Below are positions 38,995-51,794 of a DNA stretch of 64,000 nt, in pieces. A model generated the notes under the pieces. That model saw only the letters and a program-made list of their open reading frames with translations. It did no database searches and had not been told where the DNA came from. The DNA lies in the NCBI GenBank assembly GCA_013239625.1, contig MU053557.1:2386123-2450122 (forward strand), in the 5' to 3' direction. Every line of letters starts with the position of its first letter. The stretch's first letter is position 1. Both the position numbers and the translations under genes were made by a program. The DNA comes from Lama guanicoe. Lineage: Eukaryota.

Positions 38995-40713
38995 GTAAGA
39001 TGGTTTTAGTTCTGGTGATGTGACTGATGGAAGTGCAAATGGGAAGGGACTAAGCTGGTACTGTGTTTCCAATCTCATTCATGGACATAAATAATCACAA
39101 CTGTTTATATATTATTCTGTCACTTTTCTTCCATAGTGCTTATTTTAGTAACATCACTAAACTACATAGGTTTCCTTTAAACTTTATTAATACTGAGATG
39201 CCCAGTTAACCCAGACTGGTTGTTGTTAGGCCTGACTGTTCACCGGTGCCTGCCTGCTAAGATTTCAAGATTCTTTATAGGTAGTAACATTTAACTTTCA
39301 AAAAGCTTCTTTATCTTTTTTGCCCTCTAAAATAAAGCATTTTAGTGACTTTCTAATCTTTTAGTAAACATATCTTACATATGAATTATTGTGTATCAGA
39401 ATTAAAGGTCAGCTATTAAAGATTAATGAATTCCAAATGTCATTCGGTTGCCGTGTCAGGACTGGAGAGGAGCTCACCACCGGGGAGACAGACTGGCGGG
39501 GAGACGGCACCAGTGGTGCGTGAACCATCAAAACATGCAGCCATTCTCCTTAGTGTCCCTGTATGCTTTGTGAATGGAGAACAAGAACTTCTGAAGCTTA
39601 ATCATTCTTGACATTTCAGATTGCCTCTTATTCCAGACAGTTAGGATATTACAGACTCTGTAAGAAATGTTGTTAGGAAAGTAACAGCACTGATTGGGAG
39701 GAAGCCTCTCTTACTGAAAATAGCAAGTGTTAGGTGAAATAACTTTTGTCAAAACTAACTGAAATGTCCTGATTATCTGATTTATTGTGCTTCAAGGTGG
39801 ATTTTTCCAGGATTATTTCAGTTTATTGTTTTGGGGTAAATTATTATGCTTCTCAGAGGAAATGGGCAGGATTGAGTTCCACGTAAACATTTTTTCTGTT
39901 GAGTTAGAATGGTGTTAATGAATTCTTAGCTGCTTTTTAGTAAGAACCTATTTGATTAAAGAAAGCCAAGTAAATAAATGATTGATATTGTATAATTACT
40001 TTTAAACAAATTGAATGTTTTTCTCTTTGCATTTCTAACTAATGTTTTTTTTTTCTGAACACTTTTTGGTAACTGTTTTATGTATTCTGTTTTATAACAA
40101 GTGGATAGACTTCACAATTTTGTGCTGTGCGGCTAGCAAATCAGTTCAGTCTGACAGCTGTCAGTCACTGACATGCAAAGTATTTATGGGATTCCCTAGT
40201 GAGGAAAGAACTGGTATCTCTCTTTGTGGTGACTTTAGCTTCCCACAGTTCTGGTACATTATATTTTTTTTAGTGTTTTTCCTTTTGAAGTGAAGAGAGT
40301 TGTGCCCAGAATGTTAATTAAAATAAGAAATTAAATAGACATTATGTCTAAATAAACCTAGTATGTTCAGCTTTATTTTCTTTTGATTGTAAAATTTTAA
40401 TTCTCTTAATTACAGGTTTAGCTTTGTACCATTATGTTAAAAAAAAGAGGAAATTACTAAAATGAAAGTTTCTCATTTTAAAGAATGCAAAATCAGTTAC
40501 TAACTAGGCTATGAAAGCAGAAATTTTTAAAGTAAGGGTTTAAATATAGTATATTTTCTATTCACATTTTGACAAGTATCTGGTTAATGAAGTTTTATCA
40601 CTTCATGACTTTCACCGTATATATATATATTCTGATTGAAGTGTATTGTCAATACATTTTGTAAAAATGACATTTTAGCTGTATTTGAATAATTTACGCT
40701 AGTGTTTGTGCGG

Positions 40714-40862
40714 TTTTTTTGTTTTGCTTTTTGTTGTTGTTTTGAGGGGAGGTAATTAGGTTTATTTATTTACGTATTTATTTTAATGGAAGTACTGGAG
40801 ATTGAACCCAGGACCTCAGGCATGCTAAGCATGCACCCTGCCGCTGAGCTATACGCTCCCCG
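40714..40862 (-). mobile_element. tRNA-Ala-derived SINE (vic-1-like)
   Basis: attgaacccaggacctcaggcatgctaagcatgcac...ctgagctatac with a T-rich tail. Confidence 0.85.
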
Positions 40863-43171
40863 CAGTAAGCTGGTGTTTTGGAGTTTCTCTGTTCTTACAA
40901 TTTCCTCAGCTGGTCTTTGAAACATTGAGATAATGGAATCAGTGGCTGGATAGCAAAAGCTTAAAGGCTGAATTAAAAACCTGTGAAAGCTACTGACTTT
41001 TGGTAAAATCCTTTTTCCCCCCCATAATAGCCATTTTTAAGCTAAAGGGTACAGCCATCATTTCTATGTAGCTTTGGTAATTTTCCATTTTATAAAAAAA
41101 GCCTCTTTTTACTGGACTGTTTAACAAACCAGCTGCTCTCAAGTTTTTATTTTATGATAACATTATTATTATTATAACTATTATACTTTTTGTTAACTAA
41201 ATTGTGGCTCAAATATTTTATTATTTGGAACAATAGATTTGAAGTTGTATATATGGGACTTAACCTTACAAAGTTGGCATTTTCTCTTTTCCCTTTCTTT
41301 TGAATTAGCTGCTGAACAGTTTTTCTTGGCAGTACATTTGGCTAAGGAAACTATTTCTCCCTTTTTAACTAAACAGCTTAGTTACCTGGTAAGATACTTT
41401 CATTTTTGGAGAGAGGAAAATAGGGACAGTAGGGCCTTGAATTGCTCCTAATGGTAATTGACTTTTTTTTTTTGACGTTTATGCAGTTGTTAAATAATTC
41501 TTCTCATACAAATAGAAGCTTCAGTAAGCCATTTATAGCCTGTCATGATAATAGCTTAGTGAAAGGAAGTTAAAGTTTAATTTTATTTAAAGTTCACTTT
41601 GTTTACACATCATACATTTTTAAAGGCTTCATGTCTAATGTTCGAAAAATTTTTGAGTTAATATAAATTCCTATGGCCTAGAAAGATTCCTATTTGATAC
41701 AGCTTACATGTTTTATTTAAGATAAATGTTGTAAATTTTGCCTTCCAGTTATCCCGTGCATCTAGGAATTTGGTATTCATCTTGCCAGGTACAAAACAGA
41801 CAGATGAACAGAAAAATTACATCACTACATCAAGTAGTTTATCACTGTCTAGAAAACTGGATTTATGAGTTATTTCTCATTAATCCAGCAGTCAAGAGGC
41901 AGGCTCAGTAAGTGGAGAAATCCACAGCTGATGAGCTCTTGCTTTTTAAAAAATTCTCTAATGCAGAAGCTCTGTCTCTTACAACCTTATGAGTGTTTTC
42001 CAGAAAGGACATCAACTTCCCTTTTAATCTTCTATTAGGAGAAGTGAGGTTATAGGGAGAAGTGAGAGGATTGGAACAGACAGAAGGAATGATTAATTTA
42101 TTTGTGCCCACACAAAAATTCTGTTTTCATTCCCTTGGTGAGAAGGCTGCATGTCTAATCCCTGTGGAGGAGAGGTTCTTGACGTGGTAGAATCCTTTGT
42201 TGAAATGACTTCAGCTACCTTGGTTGTCTTCCTTGGTAGGAGCACACAAAAATTTAAATGAGACTAAATTTTAAAACTGGTCCTCAAGGTGCATAAAAAC
42301 AAAGGCCTCATTTATCCTTTTCTTCCCCTATTAAATAAAAAATACAGTTTGGAAGAGAGTTTCTAAGTGCTGTAAATGTTGACACTGAAGGATTAATATT
42401 ACTTAATAACTTTAATATAATGTTACTAACTTATTACTTGATTTGTTAAGAATGTTATTTCATTGACACGTCCTGATAAAGGCATACTTGTTCAGTGACT
42501 AAAAAGTACAGATAATTTGAATGTAGTTTTTTTTAAATAATGATTATGACCATAGAAATTCTAATTTCCTTATATATTAAGGTACAAACACTGCTCTTTA
42601 AGCCAAAATATAAGTTTACTGCATTTTTTGTTTGTTTTTACACATTTGGCAGTATAGTTTAAACTTTGTAATGAATAAACTGTTTTTACTCAACTATTTC
42701 TAAATTCTCTATTTAACAAACAAAAATTTTATTTATTTACTTCTTAAAATAAATTATTCTTGCCATCTTTATGTTAAAGTATTTTACCATCAGTTTATAA
42801 GCCTGAATCTTAGCTAAAAATAAATGCAAATTCATATTCCTTATAAAAACATGGCAGTTCTGAAATCAGAAGTTGTAATCAACCTAAAAATGTTTTTTCC
42901 TATATTTGAATAATTTCATTGGAGAAAATGATTTATGTTGAATTTGGTAGATTTTAAATGAAGGCCTTTATGTGTAGTAATTTTTACATTTCTCATAAAA
43001 GAGAAATTCAGATATTCTCTTACTAAAATTTATTCTGCTCTGAGTGCATTCAAAAAGTTATTCTCATTTTTAAGGTAGGTGAACTTTTTTCCTAATTGTA
43101 AATATCTAGATATGATTAATTTCTCATGGCATATTGTTTTCTTCCCATCTTGCACCTGTTTGGAAATATAG

Positions 43172-43336
43172 ATTAAGTCGGATTTCTTTGAACTATTATC
43201 TAATCATCACTTGGACAGTCAGTCTCGATGGAGCAAAGTAAAAGACAAAGTAGAGAGTGATCCTCGTTACAAAGCAGTGGACAGTTCATCAATGAGAGAA
43301 GACCTTTTCAAACAGTACATTGAAAAAATAGCCAAG
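43172..43336 (+). CDS. TCERG1: TCERG1 exon 18 (FF3)
   Basis: aatatag|ATT AAG...AAG|gtaacc; 165 nt; IKSDFFELLSNHHLDSQSRWSKVKDKVESDPRYKAVDSSSMREDLFKQYIEKIAK. Confidence 0.96.
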
Positions 43337-43601
43337 GTAACCATTGTGTTTACTGGTACCATAACCATGGAATAATAAAATTCTTAATTGTGTTACAAGG
43401 TTGTTTGAGACTGTTTGGAGTTTGGAATTTTTCTTGTTGGTATTTTTAATAGAATCTCTAGTAATTGAATTTGAAATGAGTGTTTAGGTACATTCTTTGT
43501 AAAAACTAGGTTTGAAATTTGGTATTTGGCAAACTGGTTGTCATGTGGAGGCATATTTTGGTGGAGTTGGTAAGAAAGTTAATGTTATTTCACTTTTACA
43601 G

Positions 43602-43784
43602 AATTTAGACTCAGAAAAAGAAAAGGAGCTTGAAAGGCAAGCCCGCATTGAGGCAAGCCTTCGAGAACGAGAAAGAGAGGTTCAAAAGGCTCGTTCAGAA
43701 CAAACAAAAGAAATAGATCGAGAGAGAGAGCAACACAAACGAGAAGAAGCTATCCAGAATTTCAAGGCTCTTCTGTCTGATATG
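43602..43784 (+). CDS. TCERG1: TCERG1 exon 19 (charged linker, start of FF4)
   Basis: tttacag|AAT TTA...ATG|gtatac; 183 nt; NLDSEKEKELERQARIEASLRERE...EEAIQNFKALLSDM. Confidence 0.96.
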
Positions 43785-44469
43785 GTATACATTATTCTCT
43801 TGCCTTTTTCCTCTGAAGTACTGGGTATTGGAAATCTGTTATATTACCTCATTAGTGGGCATTTTAATATTCTTTAAACTGCCTCTGAGAGATACAATTT
43901 AGTGTCTATAAAATATTCTAAAATTGAGTACCTGGTATTAGCACCATTAATATTTTTTGAAGTTTGATGTTTTGTATATATAAAAACACAGTCTTTCACT
44001 TTCAAAGCTTTATTTTTATTCTTGATGGAGGTCATCATAAATTATCACACGCTAACATGCCATTGTAATAAATAAATGTGCTGAACATAATTTAACCTTT
44101 TTCTTGATAATTTAGTGTCCTCATTGTGATGATCAATTATTACACATGTAGATGGTATGAGATATAGGACTGGAAGTGTACTGACCACAGGAGATACCTG
44201 GAATTTTCTTTAAAATCCTTCTGTATTACCCAGAGTTGATTGAGGTATGTAGGGTTTTTTTGTCCCTGAAGTAAATGCCCCAGACCAGTCTACTGTTCTT
44301 GCATTTTCCCCTTCTCTTTGTCCCTGTTCTCCTATCACTCTTCTCATCACTCGTTTTGCTTCTTCTGATTTCTTCCCTTGCTTCTGCTGATCTGTTTTCA
44401 GTGACCTCTTTCTTGTTCTCTGGACAAATACTGTAGTTCCCTGTTTTCTCCTCCTGCCTCTACTTGCCC

Positions 44470-45100
44470 CAGATTCATCCTCTTTGTTGCAGTCATAGAA
44501 GTCTTTGTAAAAGGCATATCTGATGATTTTGTAACTCTCCCTGCTGCTTGCAGAGGGGGAAGGTTTTCCCTACTCCTGGCACTTCCCTCTGTTCAGTCTC
44601 CTTAGCATAGTATGGAAGACTGCTCATTCTTTGACCCCCCCCTTGCCTTCATATGACTTTACTCCCTTAGGTTTCCTCTCTTGCCCCCTAGACACTAGTC
44701 TTGCTGAACTTAACCCTTAATGATCCATGCTTACATTTAATGAATTGTGCCGTTACACATGCCAGTCCCTCCACCTCTAAAGCTTTAAACTTCCCGTTGC
44801 AGTGGCAGACTTTGTCATTCTTCAAGAGCACACTCAAATACCTCTTCTTTGAGGCTGATCCCAACCAATCTAGGCAGATTTGACCTCACTGTTCCATTTA
44901 CCACCCTGTGCTCAGCATATACCCCTACAGCACTTACTGCATGTTACTGTAGTTATTTGCTTACATGCCTTTCTTCTCTAAAAACAGCAAGCCCTTTGAA
45001 GGAAGGGATAGTGTCTTAACTTACTTTGTATTTCCAGGGCCAAGCTCAGTGTTTACCTGACATGTTTTTAGATGCTTGATAAATGCTGGTTAAATAAATG
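44470..45100 (+). mobile_element. L2 3' fragment
   Basis: tcattcttcaagagcacactcaaatacctc..., ccctttgaaggaagggatagtgtctta..., tgataaatgctggttaaataaatg tail. Confidence 0.65.
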
Positions 45101-45727
45101 TTTTTTATATTTTTCTTCTTTCTTACTTTTCTGTCTTTGCAGCATGCCATGTTTCTTAGTGTTCGCAGCAGTGTGACTTAACTTGTAATGCCATTATCCT
45201 CCATGAAGCATACCTTTCTGTTGGTTGGTGAACCAGCCAGACCTGTCATGTGGTCTGTTATCTTGTCTTCTTAGTGATGTTAATCCCTGCTTATGTGTGG
45301 AAGTGTCACTGCCAGTATGTAGTTGATAAGCCCCAATTTGAGCTCAGGAATTTTTAAATTTTTTTGGTGAGCTGCTTGTGCTACAATAAGACATTGTATT
45401 TTCTCTTACTCGTACCCATTTCTCTTAGCAGAAGTTGGTAAAATGCTCCTAGAGTACCCAAGTAGTTGACGTTCTTAGGGACCACAGATGATGGGAGGTA
45501 TCTTCTCTGCATCCTTCCCACCTCTAACCCAGACTGCATTGGTTGGGTGAGCTCTGGGAGGTCAGATTTCTGGCTTCAAGAGGCAAATTTTCAGTGACTT
45601 CTTGACTAAGGTGGAGTTACCAGAAGCTTCTTTATTAAATGTATATGACTCCTGAACCAAATAAATGAGTCTTCTGTTGAAATATGAAAAGAAAAGTCTG
45701 GTGATAGATACAGTTCTCTATTTTTAG

Positions 45728-45907
45728 GTACGTTCTTCAGATGTGTCATGGTCTGATACGCGGAGGACTCTTCGGAAAGATCACCGCTGGGAATCTGGAT
45801 CCTTGTTGGAAAGAGAGGAGAAAGAGAAGCTTTTTAATGAACACATTGAAGCACTTACCAAAAAGAAGAGGGAGCACTTTAGGCAACTTCTGGATGAAAC
45901 TTCTGCG
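45728..45907 (+). CDS. TCERG1: TCERG1 exon 20 (FF4/FF5)
   Basis: tttttag|GTA CGT...GCG|gtaagt; 180 nt; VRSSDVSWSDTRRTLRKDHRWESGSLLEREEKEKLFNEHIEALTKKKREHFRQLLDETSA. Confidence 0.96.
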
Positions 45908-46594
45908 GTAAGTGTTTCTTAATTTTCTGTTTTAATCTAGATGAATCTTCATTAATAGTTCCCAAATGTAAAACATTGATACAACTTTTAGTGTCATGGT
46001 CTTTAGAGCTATTAGTGGAATCCATGGGGTTTATGACACTTTCTTCTCTGATTTTTTTTTTTTATGCAAAATGTTGATAGTACTTTTACTCTTTAGAAAT
46101 TATTTCCTTTTGCAGTTTTGGAATTCCTATATGCTCCCATAGTAATTCAAAATGTCCTTAGCTACGTGTGATCATTGATGCCTCCTAATGCTAGATTTAA
46201 TAGATTCCTTCTTTTCCTCCATCTTTAATTTGGTACCATGGCCCCCTTATTTGGCAGTTTTTACACTCTGTTGTTCAGGTTTTGCTCCTGTTTATCTGAT
46301 CTCTTTTTGGTGATGGTTTCTTCAGAAGTTATGATGTTGCCCATGAGATACAGGGTTTGCAGGTGATTGTCTTAGGCCACCTTGAAAGTATGGCCATGAA
46401 ATAAGTCTTATGGCAAGCCAACAAAAAGAAATGGCATTAAAGCTGCTTCCCTGTCCCTAACTAGTCCAGTTACGCTTGGGCATTACAAGAGATTGCAGGT
46501 CAGTGTGTAATATTATGTACCATATGTGCTGCGGTTTGACTCCCTCAATAAAAGCAAGTTGTATTTATGTGTTTTATTCACTTGTCTTTCAAAG

Positions 46595-46678
46595 ATTACC
46601 TTAACGTCCACGTGGAAAGAAGTAAAAAAAATCATTAAGGAAGATCCTCGGTGCATTAAGTTCTCCTCCAGTGACAGG
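46595..46678 (+). CDS. TCERG1: TCERG1 exon 21 (FF5)
   Basis: ttcaaag|ATT ACC...AGG|gtaaga; 84 nt; ITLTSTWKEVKKIIKEDPRCIKFSSSDR. Confidence 0.96.
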
Positions 46679-46895
46679 GTAAGAAGATTTTTGTCTGAGA
46701 TTTACTGTCAGTTTGTAAATATTATTTGGATGCTAAATCAGCAACACTAGTATCTTGACTTAAATGAAGTTGATGGTTTTATGTGAATAACCTTTAAGCA
46801 CGTAAGAAATAAATCTGAATTGTAAGTTTGTATTTTCTTCCAGGCATGATATATTAACAAGACAGCACAATAGAAGCTTTAAAAATGTAATCCTT

Positions 46896-46995
46896 GGCGG
46901 GGTAGGGTATAGCTCAGTGGTAGAGGGCATGCTTAGCATGCATGAGGTCCTGGGTTCTAGCTGCAGTACCTTCATTTAAAAAAAAATTTTTTTTT
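46896..46995 (+). mobile_element. tRNA-Ala-derived SINE (vic-1-like)
   Basis: GGGTATAGCTCAGTGGTAGAG..GCATGCTTAGCATGCATGAGGTCCTGGGTTC; TAATCCTT flanks both sides. Confidence 0.88.
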
Positions 46996-48108
46996 AATTT
47001 AATCCTTGGGGTTAAGCCTGTGTTTGGGGATCTTCTAGATTTGGTGAAGCTGTCATTTTTATTGTATACTCAGGTCCCACCAGATAGCTATCCTGAGGCT
47101 GTCAGTTGATGGCATGCTACCGAAGTGCTTGACTTTTAAAGCCATGCTAGCAGAACAACATAATGTGATCTCTAGTTCTTGTATGCTCCAGAGACTTTGG
47201 GGTGGGGCGACCTCAGAGGTGTGAGGTTTGTAGACCCTGAGCCCTCTTCTGACTCCTGTGTAGGAAAAGAACTCACCACAGGTCTGAAATAGCGATTGAT
47301 GTCAAGGAAAGTGTAGCTTACTCCAGTCCATTTTATTCCTCAGCCTTCCATATGTTCCTTCTTCCCATCGTTCTCCTGTCCTGGTTTTTTCCTCTAGGTT
47401 TAGAGTCTAAATATCCATAGATCTATCATTCTTTCCTCTCATACTCCGTTAGTTTGAATTTTAGATGCACAGACCACAGAATATACATGGTTGGGAAAGA
47501 CTGGTAGACTGATAGCTGAGAGACCCAGTTTCAGTCTCTTACAGACTTTTCTGATTGTTCAGAACTGATAATAAGGTCTTTTTAAAAAAACAAAAAACTC
47601 AGAGTTTGTACCTGTCGTTGCTATTCCAGTATCACTAAGCTCCCTTACTGAGCGCAAAGCTCAATATAACTAGCTTATTAAAATTCTGAGAGTTATAAAT
47701 TATATATACCACATTATTATCTTTGTGCTTGAAGATATAATCTGTAAGAATGCATGTTTAACCGTAAATATCCTTATTTTTAAGAATGTCTACCACTTGA
47801 GGTTGTTACGAAGATTAAAGGAAACATCCTTATAAAAGCTTCTGCACAGTGTAGCACGTAGCAAGACCTCAAGTTTTAGCTACTACTAATGTATTATATG
47901 GTTTCTCATTCTTGCTTCTTGTCTTAAAAACATACATTGCAGATTTTGCATTTTAATGAATGTTATATGAACAAAACATACCTTACTACTTTTTTCTTTT
48001 GAATTATTTTATGTTGTGACTTATAAATTACTGGTTTAATAAATAATTGATACAAACTTTGGAATTAGTGGAATTTTTTTTTCCCCTAACCTTATTGTCT
48101 TTTTGCAG

Positions 48109-48209
48109 AAAAAACAAAGAGAATTCGAAGAATACATCAGAGACAAATACATCACAGCCAAAGCTGACTTCAGGACGCTTTTGAAAGAGACCAAATTTAT
48201 AACATATAG
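48109..48209 (+). CDS. TCERG1: TCERG1 exon 22 (FF5/FF6)
   Basis: tttgcag|AAA AAA...TAT AG|gtgtgt; 101 nt; KKQREFEEYIRDKYITAKADFRTLLKETKFITYR. Confidence 0.96.
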
Positions 48210-49085
48210 GTGTGTGCAATGAAATGTTTCATATCGGCAGTCATTGTCTTTACTAGTCTTTACTCTGATGGCCAAAGCATACCTTGCATTCACACACATG
48301 TTGACATTATTAATTTTTTAGGAATAAGAAGAAGCCAACTTTTATCACAGGCTGAAAATAACCCATATCTACCTTACCTTTTTTTCTTTTCTTTTTTTTT
48401 TAAAGAAAGGGCCCAGATGTTAATTCTTATTTTGTGTTACCCACCCATCCAGTTTTTTAAACATACTTTTATTTTTACTTCACTGCTTTTTTAGAAGTAT
48501 TCTCAAATATGAGTTATATTTCATGAAGACTTTTTAAAATAATCCTTCACTTTCATTTTTCTTTGCCTCCTCTGAAGACTGTTCAGTGTTCCTTCTCAAG
48601 CTTGAAATCATCTTACTTAAATTAAGCTCAGCAAAAACATTTTTTCCTCAGAGGAAAGCAGTTTGCTGGATACTTTTAAATTAAAATTTTAAATGATAAA
48701 ATCAGAGCTTTAAAACAAGGTTTCTCTGTAACATACCCAGGAGTTCCCTCCCCCCAGCAAGCTGTCATCAGGAAAACAGTTTCACTTTGCTTAGCGGTCA
48801 GTGGCAGGAATCATTTTTGTTTCATGCTCCAGCTTTTCTTCCTTTAAAAGAAAAATTGGAAACATCTTAACAAAGGGTATGTGCACGGGAGGCTAGATAG
48901 TGCTGAGGGTGTGGTTTTTAGGTATTTTGTCATTGGATTTTTTGGTCAGGATCCTTAATGTTTTGCATCAGCTTGGGCTTTTAAATTAGATGTGAAGTAA
49001 GACTTCTTTCTACATTTTTATAGTTAATTTAGTGAAAGATGTGAAAGTGAAAGCTTGTGAAAGATGCTGGGATTGGCAGCCCCGC

Positions 49086-49120
<35 letters not shown>

Positions 49121-49384
49121 CAGCACGGGCAAGATTTACCCACCCACCCTCAGCCCTGATCTGGAGGGACCGCCAGTAGGGGTGGGAGGGTAATTCAGCT
49201 TCTGAGGCCCTTTCACTCCTTGGAGTCTTTGCTGAGGCGACTTACAAAGGTGACCACTGCAGTGAAATTTTTCTTTAAAAAAAAAATGAAAACACAATTA
49301 GGAACTAGATGGACATTTCCAGCTCATTTCTGAAAGACCTAGGAACAGCAGTCAGTAATTCTTGGCTGTCTTTTCTTATTTCAG

Positions 49385-49586
49385 ATCCAAAAAGCTAATC
49401 CAGGAATCGGATCAGCACCTGAAAGATGTAGAAAAAATTTTGCAGAATGACAAACGGTATCTAGTACTAGACTGTGTGCCCGAGGAGAGGCGTAAACTGA
49501 TTGTGGCCTACGTGGATGACCTGGATCGCCGGGGTCCACCCCCGCCTCCCACAGCGTCAGAGCCTACGAGACGGTCAACAAAATAA
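49385..49586 (+). CDS. TCERG1: TCERG1 last coding exon (FF6, stop TAA)
   Basis: atttcag|A TCC AAA...AAA TAA; SKKLIQESDQHLKDVEKILQNDKRYLVLDCVPEERRKLIVAYVDDLDRRGPPPPPTASEPTRRSTK*. Confidence 0.97.
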
Positions 49587-50431
49587 TTCTGAATACTCTG
49601 CCACAGGGGTATCTGTTAATTCAAAACGCTTGCATGAGCCAATTTTCAGGTTTTTACATGTATGTGCATTAGTCAAACTATTGCAAAACCATCTGATGAA
49701 CAGACGGAGAAGCATTCGTGAACAGTTTCTGAACAGAGAACACTTTGGAAATATTTATGCTTTTCTTTGTGTGGCATGACTGACATACATACTCAAACGT
49801 AGGCTGTCTAGTAAATCTAAAATCTTGAAGCTAAAAATCATCCTTTTATGAGGTGTGGAAATCAGTGACCTTTGGTGACGTTCTTTCTAGCAGTGTTACA
49901 CATGCAAGACGTAAGAGCGTTTGTGGTTTGAACTTGCAAGATGCAAGTACCACAGACTCCAGAAAAACCTAAGTTGGAGTTTGTTTTGTTTTGATTTTGT
50001 TTCTTAAAGCGGGTAAAAGAAAAAACACTGAAAATTGAATTCTTATCTTCCAGAGGCTAAGATTATTATAATGGACATACTTTTACCTTTGTCTCTAAAG
50101 AACACTTTCGTTTTATTTGTTCACTTATGTGCTTTGATTATCCCTTTGGATTATAGGCCACGTCTTGTTGTTTAGCCTAAGAGAAGATTTATTTAGTAAT
50201 TCTTCTCAGGTATGGAAGCACGGTCATAACTAACATGTTGGTCAGACTAGGACTGCTGGTTAAATACACTTTATTCACCATTAAGTGATCTTTACCAATA
50301 TTCTGGATTAGACAACAAATTACCTTTCTTGGGTGTTCCCTGTAAAGTATACTCTTGTTTGAATGTTAAATTTTTGTTTCTAAAGTTTAATTTTAAGATG
50401 TTTGAATGTTCAGTTTATGTATTTGAACTAC

Positions 50432-50437
50432 AATAAA
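50432..50437 (+). terminator. Probable TCERG1 polyadenylation signal (a second AATAAA lies at 50600-50605)
   Basis: AATAAA about 850 nt after the stop, with upstream TGTA and downstream T/GT-rich sequence. Confidence 0.65.
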
Positions 50438-51788
50438 CCAGCCCTTTTTATATATGTGGATTGTATCTGATTATTGTTATGTAATTTATAAATACTAATT
50501 TTAACCTGTTCTTCAAAGCAGTGGCAAATGTAATTTGGCACAAAGAAAGCTTACTTTAAATCTTGACTAGCACATCGTTTTTAAAGGTGTGAATATAATA
50601 ATAAATAATTTGCAGCTTAAAAGGGAAGGAATATGTAAAGAACCATTTTGGTGCTCAGTCTCTTAGTATCTTATGGCTTCATAGCAAGAAGATGCTGATT
50701 TTTTTTTTGTTTTCTCGTTTTTGTCTTTTTATATTAGCGTATTGATGATGGATACCTTTTTGGACTCCTTTCAGTGTGTCATACACATGATCTCACGTAA
50801 CTTACCTTTGATTCCCAATTGCTCTTTCTAGCCTTACCTCGCCAGTTTAGAAAGATCCTTCTATTTCGTTCCTTTGTAGATTTCTAGTTTCAGAGTTACT
50901 GCATAAATAAAATGTTAAAGAAAGATACATGTTAATAGGATAATTTATTTTCCCTGCTATGATTGCAGCAGAACGCAGGAGGGAACACAGTAGATCCGTG
51001 TGTGTCACGTCCACACAGACACAGCCATATATCCCACACATAAGACAGTCACATCCATGTGACTTGCTGCTTAGCTTAAGTATAGTAAGTGCCACAGAAA
51101 TTACGTGGACTCTTTGTAGAAGCCTGGACTGGATTATCTGCTAGGGTCTTAATGTACAAAATTGGTAGTTAACAGGACATGGGTTTTTGTTGTTTTTCCC
51201 CTTTTTTTGATGTTCATTTTTATTGTAAGTCCACTGAGTGATTTTGAAGCTCTGTCAGGACTGAAACTGAAGTGTTTGCCAAGAGGAACACAACTACTTA
51301 AGAAATACGGCTGTCCTACAATGGTGCAGTTTCTCGAATGCTTAATTTTGTTTTCTGAATTCCACAGAGTATTGTTTGCCCACTGACTACGTTCTGTTTC
51401 TCACTGTAGGACAGTGTGAAGAAAATGGTTTGGTGATATCTATTCTAATTTCCTACATTTGTGTTTGGGATTAGTTTTTTCACATAAGGTGCAAATCAAA
51501 CTTTTCTAGGCAGACTTCTGGAAGGGATCAAGTCAGGACTTTGTATATATTAGGTTCTTAATGAGAGAGTTATTGTAATTATACTATGTTTCAGTATCTG
51601 CATCTTGATTTGGTGCCTGTCAGCAGACTCTTTAGAAATCCGTGGGTCAGTGAGTCCTGAGCCCTGTGCCAACATTAAGGTCGCAGCTGCCTGTGAAGCC
51701 CTGTTGTGCTCAGTGATGATTTCAAAAGCAGCATTCAAGACAAAAACAGCTCAAGTCTCCAGAATATCTGAAGTAAAACATAATTGTT

Positions 51789-51794
51789 TTTATT
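51789..51794 (-). terminator. Candidate GPR151 polyadenylation signal (alternative at 52309-52314)
   Basis: TTTATT on + is AATAAA on -, about 1.7 kb past the GPR151 stop; usage not demonstrable from sequence. Confidence 0.4.

Noticed and set aside
46900..46975. tRNA-Ala gene call (also 18460-18536, 40787-40860, 60057-60130)
   Set aside because: Broken acceptor or T stems, A-rich tails and target-site duplications indicate SINEs, not tRNA genes
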